Part shown: positions 28,224 to 36,350 of the stretch, one piece after another
Numbering within the stretch: position 1 is the stretch's first letter
How the letters are laid out: the number at the start of each line of letters is the position of its first letter
Source: an uncultured Methanosarcinales archaeon
GTDB taxonomy: Archaea; Nanobdellota; Nanobdellia; Woesearchaeales; GW2011-AR15
Direction: 5' to 3'
DNA: 64,000 bases
Assembly (NCBI GenBank): GCA_964512765.1
Contig: CAZEKF010000003.1
Span: 5,249-69,248 of the forward strand
The notes under the pieces: model-generated
Seen by the model: the letters and a program-made list of their open reading frames with translations, nothing else
Told to the model about the DNA's origin: nothing
Database searches by the model: none
Translations under genes and position numbers: made by a program

Positions 28224-29231
28224 ATGATTAATCAAATCTTACAACCGGAATTTTGCAACATTAGTGTTAATGAAGAATGTTTTTTTAAGTGTAAAATGTG
28301 TTATAAATGGCAACCTGATAAGTTTATACCTAAAGATGCGCCAAAATTATCAACTGATGATCTAAAAAAATTCATATTTGGTTTAAGAAAAACTGTTGAT
28401 AAAGAATTCTTGATTAATTTTGCAGGCGGTGAAACTCTTCTTAGAAAAGATATGTTTGAAGTTATTAAATATGCTCATAACTTGGATTTCACAACAAACC
28501 TTGCGTCTAATGGTTGGTTGATTAATGAAAACATTGCTAGAGATATGATTGATTCTGGGCTAGATAGTATTAATTTCTCAATAGATGGATCAACTAAAGA
28601 AATTCATGATAACATGCGAGGTAGGAACGGTTCGTTTGACAAACTAATGACTGCTATTAATCATTTAGTGAATTATAGAGATCAGAAAGGTCTTGATAAA
28701 ATGCAGTTCAGGATAGCTGCACAGGCAGTAATCTGCGCTTTAAATCTAGAAGATATGCCGAAGTTAGTAAATATGATAGATAACCATCCTGACATCTTAT
28801 CAATTAAATTTAATGTTGTCATGGAACCCAACAATACTGGACCTAATCAGAACTGGTATAAAGAAGAATATAGTTATTTATGGCCAAATGACCTGGATCT
28901 GGTTGATGATGTTTTTGACAAACTAATAGAAATGAAAAAAAATAATTCGAAAATACCTGACAAACTATACCAGTTAGAAGCTTACAAAAGATATTTTAAA
29001 GATCCAACAACTTTTGTTAAACATGGACATTGTAACTTTGACAAAGCTATTAACTTAAGTTCAACAGGTGACATGTTCCTATGTTTTAATTATGCGTGTA
29101 TTGGTAACATTAAAAACACAGACTTTGTAACTGCATGGAACTCTGATAAAGCAAACAAAGTAAGACAAGAAATTATAAAATGCGAAAAAAATTGTCATTT
29201 TCTTATTAATTGCAACCTAGAAGAAGATTAG
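28224..29231 (+). CDS. radical SAM / partial-SPASM paralog, subgroup D (last gene of the array)
   Basis: Motifs NEECFFKCKMCYKW, AGGETLLRKD, ASNG, VVMEPNN...YLWP and CEKNCHFLINC. Confidence 0.88.
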   Translation: MINQILQPEFCNISVNEECFFKCKMCYKWQPDKFIPKDAPKLSTDDLKKFIFGLRKTVDKEFLINFAGGETLLRKDMFEVIKYAHNLDFTTNLASNGWLINENIARDMIDSGLDSINFSIDGSTKEIHDNMRGRNGSFDKLMTAINHLVNYRDQKGLDKMQFRIAAQAVICALNLEDMPKLVNMIDNHPDILSIKFNVVMEPNNTGPNQNWYKEEYSYLWPNDLDLVDDVFDKLIEMKKNNSKIPDKLYQLEAYKRYFKDPTTFVKHGHCNFDKAINLSSTGDMFLCFNYACIGNIKNTDFVTAWNSDKANKVRQEIIKCEKNCHFLINCNLEED

Positions 29232-29240
29232 ATTATTGAA

Positions 29241-31277
29241 TTAAAGTTTCTTAGTAAAAATTATTATTCCTACAATAAAATAAATAAAAAAAGATAGAAT
29301 TAATAAATAATCTAAATTCGGGATTAAAACTATTACAAAAAGTGAAAAAACTGATCCAATATAATCTATAAAAAGTGCTGGATAAATTTTTTTAGTCTTT
29401 ACTATAAGGTATCCAAAAGGAAATGTAATTATAAAACTTGTAATAATAAAAATTAAGATTATTAAAATCAAAGTAAACATTGTTCGTGTGTAAGAATAAA
29501 GTAAATTAGTCTGTAAAATAAATATAGTAATAAGAGATATAGCTAAACAAGAAATGAGTACATGCGTTTTATGTAATTTTTTTGAAACTAAATATCCAAT
29601 ACTTCCAAATAAATAATAAATAATAAGGACAATTGGCATAAGTTTAATAAAATTAGAAATAAAATAAGGTAGCCATAAAATAAGAAACAATAAAATTATT
29701 TCATAACCTAAACCAACATAAAAATATAAAGAATATTGAATGGAATTATTAAATATAATTAAAGTAGCTAACAATATAATAAGTATTAAGATTAAATTTT
29801 TATTCAGTTGTTTATTACTATATAATCCATAGTTTTGTTTTTTTGTTAAAAAAGCAGCATTAATTTGTCTGTCAATGTTTGGTTGATCTTTTTCTCGCGA
29901 AAATAAAACTTTTGTAATATTATTTTTTTCAGTTATTCCAGGATAATAATAAAACTGATGAATATTTTTATTTGATTGATAAAAGTCACTAAAACTAAAA
30001 TTCTTACTCATTAAAAACAAGAAATAATTATTATTCTCATTCAAAGTGAATATTAATAGGTTATTCTCCAAAATATCCATTCTATTTTTTATTGAATATA
30101 AATACCTTTCATATAATGAACCTCCCAGAGGCAATCCCCAAAAAATCACACCTTCATCAGTTATAGAATCTAAATATTTATCTAATGCATTCTGTGTAAA
30201 TAGTTCTCCGCTTGTGTCATAAAAATATGAGTTAATTATTTTTTCTGTCCAAGGCCTTTGAATTACAATCAAATCAAATTTTTTTTTTTTATCCCTCAAG
30301 AAAGATCCTGCACTATCAGCTACAACATTTAATCTTAGATCAAATAATAGATTATTTGAATATTCTCGAAAATCATTTTTCAATAAACTAATTCTTTGTT
30401 TATCAATCTCAAGAGCAGTTATATTTGCAGTATTATAATACAATGCAGCAACAAGATCTTGGCCACCTCCAAACCCAATAATTAATGATGTATTATAATT
30501 TTTAACTTGATACGGTATTATTACATGTTCTTGTATATTTTGTATGTTGCCTTTTATAGCTATATGAGAAGGACTTACTTTATCTGATAATGTATCTATT
30601 ATACCAGAGGGCGATTTAATAATATCAAGTATGCCATATGGACCCATCACAGTTTTAATATGTTCGTATCTATCATATGACAATGGTAAAGGATCTATTT
30701 GTCCAAAATTATGAAACTGAAAGGCTATCATTATAAAAATGATAGTGACATACAAATGGACAAATAGATATTTTTTAATAAATATTAAAGTAAATATAAG
30801 AAAAATAATTAAGTACGCTAGTGGAAAAGCCAAGTACACTAAAAAATAATTATAGAATATTGCAGAAAAAGTCGATCCAATCAATAGATAAAACAATATT
30901 TCTGAATAATCTACTTTTAATTTTTTAATACTATTTGCAAATAAAAATCCAAACAACAAAGATGGTATAAAAATCACAAGAAAACTTATAATATATTTCA
31001 GATAAGTCATATGGATTTGAACATAATTAATTAAGACTGCTAAACCAATTGAAATCATAGTAGTATTTGACAGTTTATTAATATTAAGTTTATATAAGAC
31101 CTTAGAAAGCAATAAACCTAATGAAAAACCAATAAAACTCAGTTTTAGTAATATAATAAAAGATAAAGGATATCTAAAAAACACATCTTGATAAACATAA
31201 GATATATTTTTATAAACTAATAAAAAGTATAATAAATTAAGAAATGAGACAGATATGGCACGTAATTTGTTAACCAT
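29241..31277 (-). CDS. polytopic membrane protein with an embedded spermidine-synthase-like (class I methyltransferase fold) domain
   Basis: Hydrophobic helices at both ends. The central soluble region carries LIIGFGGGQDLVAALYYNTANITALEID, which resembles the SAM/dcSAM-binding glycine motif. Confidence 0.5.
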   Translation of the reverse strand: MVNKLRAISVSFLNLLYFLLVYKNISYVYQDVFFRYPLSFIILLKLSFIGFSLGLLLSKVLYKLNINKLSNTTMISIGLAVLINYVQIHMTYLKYIISFLVIFIPSLLFGFLFANSIKKLKVDYSEILFYLLIGSTFSAIFYNYFLVYLAFPLAYLIIFLIFTLIFIKKYLFVHLYVTIIFIMIAFQFHNFGQIDPLPLSYDRYEHIKTVMGPYGILDIIKSPSGIIDTLSDKVSPSHIAIKGNIQNIQEHVIIPYQVKNYNTSLIIGFGGGQDLVAALYYNTANITALEIDKQRISLLKNDFREYSNNLLFDLRLNVVADSAGSFLRDKKKKFDLIVIQRPWTEKIINSYFYDTSGELFTQNALDKYLDSITDEGVIFWGLPLGGSLYERYLYSIKNRMDILENNLLIFTLNENNNYFLFLMSKNFSFSDFYQSNKNIHQFYYYPGITEKNNITKVLFSREKDQPNIDRQINAAFLTKKQNYGLYSNKQLNKNLILILIILLATLIIFNNSIQYSLYFYVGLGYEIILLFLILWLPYFISNFIKLMPIVLIIYYLFGSIGYLVSKKLHKTHVLISCLAISLITIFILQTNLLYSYTRTMFTLILIILIFIITSFIITFPFGYLIVKTKKIYPALFIDYIGSVFSLFVIVLIPNLDYLLILSFFIYFIVGIIIFTKKL

Positions 31278-31323
31278 TTACTTTCTAAAATAATTAGAAT
31301 TTAATAAGTTTGTTTAATTAATA

Positions 31324-32064
31324 TCAACTCCTAAAAAAATTATTCATAACCATTAAGTTTCCAATACATAATCCTATTCTTACAGAAATTAATAGAAATA
31401 ATCTCTTAAAAAAATTCAATTCCACATAGTTTATATTTTCAAGAACCCATTTATCAAAAAAGTTGTTAATTTCAACATAATCTTTGAAATATACTTTGCT
31501 TTTTCCATATTTGTTTGATTTAACAGGAAGTGAAGTGATTTTAATGTTTTGTTTGTAACATTCAAGAATAAGTTCCAGGTCAATTTCAAACTTGTTAGAT
31601 TTTAAACTGAGTTTTTTTAATGATTTAATGTCAATTGCTCTGAACCCGCAACTCACGTCTTTTATTGAAGTGATTTGATTAGCCCAGAAGTTTGTCCAGA
31701 AATTAAGAATAGTTCTAATGAATGACCGATGTTTTTTCCGTGTTCCGATGACTAAACCTTTTTTATGTTTCAACCCTTTTAATAGAACAGGAATTTCTCT
31801 TGGATCATGTTCACCATCTCCGTCCATTGTAATAACTACATCATAATTGTTTTTTATTGTATAATCAAATCCTTTTCTTATAGAATAACCTTTACCTTTA
31901 TTTTCATTGTTTTTAAGAAGTATGCAATTCCTTAGATCAAGTTTATCATCTGATCCATCATCAATAACAACAACTCTATCAACATACTTTTTTGCTATAT
32001 TCACAAAATATTGCAATTTAACAGAATTTTCATTATACGCGGGAATAATACAAATAGTGTTCAT
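31324..32064 (-). CDS. GT2 glycosyltransferase, polyprenyl-phosphate sugar synthase-like
   Basis: Motifs ICIIPAYNE, VVVIDDGSDD and MDGDGEHDP. One C-terminal hydrophobic segment. Confidence 0.8.
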   Translation of the reverse strand: MNTICIIPAYNENSVKLQYFVNIAKKYVDRVVVIDDGSDDKLDLRNCILLKNNENKGKGYSIRKGFDYTIKNNYDVVITMDGDGEHDPREIPVLLKGLKHKKGLVIGTRKKHRSFIRTILNFWTNFWANQITSIKDVSCGFRAIDIKSLKKLSLKSNKFEIDLELILECYKQNIKITSLPVKSNKYGKSKVYFKDYVEINNFFDKWVLENINYVELNFFKRLFLLISVRIGLCIGNLMVMNNFFRS

Positions 32065-32066
32065 TT

Positions 32067-32774
32067 TTAATACAGGTCAAACGAAATTTTAATATTTTTT
32101 TTATTTAAGTTAGAGATTATTCTAAAATCTTTCCTATTTCCTACAATCTCCTTAATATCTTCAATATACTTTGAAAAGATCCAGGGGTGTAACAATAACG
32201 TACCTGGATTGTTTTTCCATTCTTCAATAATTTCGTTAATTGTCATCTTATTAACAACTAACCCGTGCCAGTCAGACGGCCAGGATATGTGGTCAGAAAA
32301 CACGTTATAATGTTTCTCTGGTTCTTCATACCTGAAAAATCTGTTTGAAACATATTCAAAATTTAACTCGTCCAATATTTCATACAGTAAATCGTTCTCA
32401 GACAAAAAAGGTGATCTAAACCCCTTCAATTTGACATTAAATTTACTGAATTGTCTCAAACACTGTTTAAGTTCTCTTCTAAGCCACTGCCTATTTTTAT
32501 TCTTATACCTAACATGACTATGACCGTGGCATGCTATTTCATGGCCTTGATTCTTCAGTTGTTTAATAATCCCTGTTTTTTTGTGCAAATCATAAGTTCT
32601 AATAAAAAAGGTAAACCTTAACCTGTTTTCATTAGCAAAATCTAGAATCTTGTTAATATACTCTTTTTTATTGTAAAGCTTGTTTATTTGAATAAGATCA
32701 TATAGTAACACTCTTAACCCAAACTTTCTTTCGTATTTAATAAAGTCTGAAAACTCTTTCAGTTTAGTTATCAT
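32067..32774 (-). CDS. polysaccharide deacetylase (CE4)-like protein
   Basis: FTFFIRT...GHEIACHGHSHV matches the CE4 His-His metal motif region. 235 aa. Confidence 0.65.
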   Translation of the reverse strand: MITKLKEFSDFIKYERKFGLRVLLYDLIQINKLYNKKEYINKILDFANENRLRFTFFIRTYDLHKKTGIIKQLKNQGHEIACHGHSHVRYKNKNRQWLRRELKQCLRQFSKFNVKLKGFRSPFLSENDLLYEILDELNFEYVSNRFFRYEEPEKHYNVFSDHISWPSDWHGLVVNKMTINEIIEEWKNNPGTLLLHPWIFSKYIEDIKEIVGNRKDFRIISNLNKKNIKISFDLY

Positions 32775-32810
32775 ATATTAATATAAATATGAAATTATTA
32801 TTAAAAGTTA

Positions 32811-34112
32811 ATGAAAGTTTGGTTATTAAACCCGCCATATAAAGAAAAAGTAATTAGAGAAGGCAGATGCGAACAAGAAATTGGTTTGTTTCAAACAACA
32901 TATCCTCCACTAACTCTTTCTCAGCTTGCTTCAATACTAAAACCAAAATATGAACCTGTATTAATTGATGCTGTTGCAGAGAGTATAACAGAAACATATC
33001 TTATTAACAAAATTAACCAAGAAAAACCAAGACATGTTTTCGTAAACACTTCCACACCAACTTTTGACAATGATTTATCAATTACTAAAACCTTATTAAA
33101 GAATTCACCAGAAACTAAATTTTACATGTTTGGTGTTCATGCAAAATATTTTTCTGGAAGAATAAATTTACCTAAACATATTATATTACTTAACAAAGAA
33201 CCAGAAAAAAAAGCATTTGAACTTATTGGGAAAAAAAAGGTTAAGTTCAAAGAATATCCTATACCTTCTTGGGATCTTATTAATTTAAACAATTATAAAA
33301 TTCCGTTAAAAAACAAACCATTTTTAATTGTTCAAACCTCGAGAGGTTGTCCATATTCTTGCACATTTTGCACAGCTCCTTTCTATTATGGAAAAAAATA
33401 CCGGATGAAAACCGTTAATTATACTATAAAAGAAATACAGAACATAACAAAACTGGGCATTAATGAAATTTTGTTTTATTCTGAGACTTTTACTTTGAAT
33501 AAGGAATATGTGAAAGAAATATGTAATATAATCATCAAAAACAAATTAAACATAAACTGGATGTGTAACTCGCGTGTTGACACTGTTGACTATGAGTTAT
33601 TAAAATTAATGAAAAAATCTGGTTGCTGGCTAATTTCGTACGGTATAGAAAGCGCTTCTCAAGACATTCTTAACAAATCAAACAAGAATTATAAACTTTA
33701 TCAGGCAAAAAATGCAATTAAGTTAACAAATAAAGCAGGGATTTTATCATTAGGTCATTTTATTCTAGGATTACCAGGAGAAACTAAAGAATCATTACAA
33801 AAAACTATTAAATTGTCACGAAAAATAAATCTTGACTTTGCATTGTACTATGTTGCCACACCTTTTCCAGGGTCTCAGTTGTACGAAAAAAATAAAGATT
33901 CTGTTAAAAATGTGTCAAGTTTAAGTTATTCAAAGAATAATATTAACAAAGACCTTGATTTGGAAAAAAGTTTAAAGAACGCTTACACAAAATTTTATTT
34001 CAATCTAAACAGATTAAAAACAATTTATAAATTAACTAAAGTTACAAACATTACATCATTACCAAGTATTTTACAATCTGGAATTAAAACAGCAAAAATA
34101 TTGTTAAAATAA
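32811..34112 (+). CDS. B12-binding-domain radical SAM protein
   Basis: N-terminal KVWLLNPPY...LIDAVAE region, then QTSRGCPYSCTFCTAP. 433 aa. Confidence 0.85.
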   Translation: MKVWLLNPPYKEKVIREGRCEQEIGLFQTTYPPLTLSQLASILKPKYEPVLIDAVAESITETYLINKINQEKPRHVFVNTSTPTFDNDLSITKTLLKNSPETKFYMFGVHAKYFSGRINLPKHIILLNKEPEKKAFELIGKKKVKFKEYPIPSWDLINLNNYKIPLKNKPFLIVQTSRGCPYSCTFCTAPFYYGKKYRMKTVNYTIKEIQNITKLGINEILFYSETFTLNKEYVKEICNIIIKNKLNINWMCNSRVDTVDYELLKLMKKSGCWLISYGIESASQDILNKSNKNYKLYQAKNAIKLTNKAGILSLGHFILGLPGETKESLQKTIKLSRKINLDFALYYVATPFPGSQLYEKNKDSVKNVSSLSYSKNNINKDLDLEKSLKNAYTKFYFNLNRLKTIYKLTKVTNITSLPSILQSGIKTAKILLK

Positions 34113-34114
34113 AA

Positions 34115-35197
34115 ATGGAATATGCAACACGAGTAAAACGGCGCTTGGTAAATTCTTTAATAGAACAACATACAATTAACAAAAACTATCCAATAGAAGT
34201 TATCCAATTAAATTCTACAAGAGGTTGTAACTCAAGGTGTATCACTTGCCATCTCTGGAAAAAAAAGCTAACTAAGTTAACAATGGATAATTTTGAAAAA
34301 GGATTAGATATTATAAGTCTGTTCACCAGTAAATCAAAAAAAGTTTCTGTTAATTTTACAAGTGAAGGTGAAGCCTTATTAAATGAAAAAATATATGACA
34401 TGATGAAAGTTTGTTCAAGTAAAGGATTTGAAACATTATTAACAACAAATTCATTGTTAGTTACTGAACATAACGCTGAAAAAATATTAAAGTCTGGAGT
34501 GAAAAATGTATGTTTTTCGCTTGAAAGCACAACACCTGAAGTTAATGATAAAATAAGAGGTGTTAAAGGCCATTATGACAGTGTTATGAAATCCATACAG
34601 TCAATTGATTTGTTAAGAAAAAAATATAATATTGACTGCAACATGAGCGTTCTAACTACTGTGTCATCTTATAATATTTCTGGTCTATTAGACATTGTTA
34701 AATGGGTCAATATTAACCCTAAACTAGCATCTATAGGTATACAAGCTGTTTCTCCTATATTTGGTGCAAAAACTTCATTACCCATTAAAGATAATCCTTT
34801 ACAAAACCATTTATGGCCAAAACAACCTGAACAAGTAGAAAAAGTGTACAATGAACTAATCTCTTTAAAAAAATCATTGTCAAAGTTATCAAACACAACT
34901 AAATCATTAATGAAACATAAAGAATATTTCTTAAACTCCAAAATTCTGCCAGAACCTACAAGAATGTGCAACATATACAAATCCACTACTATGAACCCGG
35001 ACGGGCAGATTTTCCTTTGTCCAATGATAGACACCGAAAGTATGCCTTTCAAAAATATAATTTTAACTAAAGTTAGTAAAGATAATCACGATACAGAGTT
35101 ATTGAAACAAAAAATTGTGGAGATCCAAAACAAAATAAGAAGTTGCAATGCAAGTAACTGTCATGTTTTGTTAAACTGTCAAAATGAAGATGTGTAA
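34115..35197 (+). CDS. radical SAM / partial-SPASM paralog, subgroup C (satellite copy outside the array)
   Basis: Motifs TRGCNSRCITCHLW, TTNSLL, SLESTTPEVNDKIRG, HLWP and CNASNCHVLLNC. The closest relative by motifs is 20691-21785. Confidence 0.88.
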   Translation: MEYATRVKRRLVNSLIEQHTINKNYPIEVIQLNSTRGCNSRCITCHLWKKKLTKLTMDNFEKGLDIISLFTSKSKKVSVNFTSEGEALLNEKIYDMMKVCSSKGFETLLTTNSLLVTEHNAEKILKSGVKNVCFSLESTTPEVNDKIRGVKGHYDSVMKSIQSIDLLRKKYNIDCNMSVLTTVSSYNISGLLDIVKWVNINPKLASIGIQAVSPIFGAKTSLPIKDNPLQNHLWPKQPEQVEKVYNELISLKKSLSKLSNTTKSLMKHKEYFLNSKILPEPTRMCNIYKSTTMNPDGQIFLCPMIDTESMPFKNIILTKVSKDNHDTELLKQKIVEIQNKIRSCNASNCHVLLNCQNEDV

Positions 35198-36350
35198 CAT
35201 GAAAAACGCTGTTAAGATAATGGCGCTCTTTGTCTTTGCTTTTATTATAGTCAAACCTGTAACTGCGTTCATTTCTCCAGACACAATTTCACTAATAGTA
35301 CACAGTATTGGAAGTATCCTTTGGAACTTAATTATAATAGTTGCTGCAAGTGTTTTGGTTTTTGTTGTAAATACGTCAAAAAAAATAAAAAAAGTTTGGA
35401 TATTGATTATTATTTTTTTCCTTGTTGTTACGTTTGTTATTTATGTCAACAAGTTAACTGAGTTAAAACAATTAAACCTAGCTTATGAGAACAAAGAAGA
35501 CATCAACCTGTACTTAAGAACATATATGAAAGAAAGATTAATTGATTTTGAAAATATAAATAACAAAAGTATAATGAATAGAACACAAAAAATAAACATT
35601 TATAATGCGCTTGAAAATAAAAACATTACAATATTATCCTTTTTTCCGTATAATATAACTGGAACTCTTCCAATAAACCGGTTATTATTCTTTTATTATA
35701 TTGGCAACAAAACTAAGATTGACAGCTATTTATTGTCAATGAACATATCTAAAAAAGATGATCTTGTTTTATTCTGTGAGACTGGTCTGATGTCAAGCAA
35801 GATATCTATGGTATTAAATAAATACGGTTATAACACAAAATACGCAACATTATATACTGGTGAGAATGAAAATAATTTTGATTATAAAAAATATCTAGCT
35901 TATGATTTTAACTCAAACACAATCAGTACAGACATTATCATTGATGATATTAAATATAATAAAAAAAGTGATTACATTTATTTAGTATTTAACACTATGG
36001 ACTACAGCACACCCATGAATGTAAATCTGATCAAGGATATTAATAAAAAAATAATAGTTGTTAGTTATAAAGACGATTTTCCAGATTGGTTTACCAAAGG
36101 CCTGGATGATGATAGATTGTTATCTGATAATGAATTTCATAATGCCCTCTTTGATAAAGAAGTTAAAATCATATGCGAAAATATTTTACACTGTGTACTA
36201 ACCCGAGAATTTTTAGAATATAATAATCTAGATTATAACAAAATAATTTACCATGTTAGTAAAAGTGAAGAGTTATTTGGTAAAGGTGTAAAAAGTATTC
36301 CTGAACTTGATGACAAAATTTTTTATTATAAATGGAATCCAGAAGAATGA
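35184..36350 (+). CDS. membrane protein with a possible rhodanese-like domain
   Basis: Three N-terminal hydrophobic helices. DDLVLFCETGLMSSKISMVLNKYGYN resembles the rhodanese active-site loop region (C-x4-S/R followed by a helix and G-Y). The ATG at 35199, just after the upstream stop, is the likelier start. Confidence 0.4.
   Translation: MKMCNMKNAVKIMALFVFAFIIVKPVTAFISPDTISLIVHSIGSILWNLIIIVAASVLVFVVNTSKKIKKVWILIIIFFLVVTFVIYVNKLTELKQLNLAYENKEDINLYLRTYMKERLIDFENINNKSIMNRTQKINIYNALENKNITILSFFPYNITGTLPINRLLFFYYIGNKTKIDSYLLSMNISKKDDLVLFCETGLMSSKISMVLNKYGYNTKYATLYTGENENNFDYKKYLAYDFNSNTISTDIIIDDIKYNKKSDYIYLVFNTMDYSTPMNVNLIKDINKKIIVVSYKDDFPDWFTKGLDDDRLLSDNEFHNALFDKEVKIICENILHCVLTREFLEYNNLDYNKIIYHVSKSEELFGKGVKSIPELDDKIFYYKWNPEE

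Larger units (their letters stand above)
12057..29231 (+). other. 15-gene head-to-tail array (putative operon) of paralogous radical SAM / partial-SPASM genes
   Basis: All genes are on the + strand. The largest intergenic gap is 61 nt and many junctions overlap. A shared motif set recurs in every member. Confidence 0.9.

Noticed and set aside
12057-29231. The regular ~1-kb periodicity could suggest a CRISPR array, a satellite or another non-coding repeat.
   Set aside because: Each unit is a long open reading frame with conserved enzyme motifs. Apart from one duplicate pair, the units have diverged at the nucleotide level. No short direct repeats with spacers are present.
11000-29231. Small Cys-rich precursor-peptide (RiPP) ORF in or beside the rSAM array.
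   Set aside because: Intergenic gaps inside the array are at most 61 nt. By-eye translation of the 240-nt upstream spacer and the other gaps gave only ORFs of a few codons. The two upstream proteins are Cys-free coiled coils. A distant or trans-encoded precursor cannot be excluded.
12057-29231. Viperin-like (antiviral) or MoaA-like housekeeping identity for the paralogs, based on the CN[FY]KC..C motif.
   Set aside because: That local motif is shared by many rSAM families. Viperins and MoaA lack the Cx10-12Gx4C / Cx3-4Cx5C C-terminal elements and the W...LWP segment seen here. Sixteen copies is also inconsistent with a housekeeping role.
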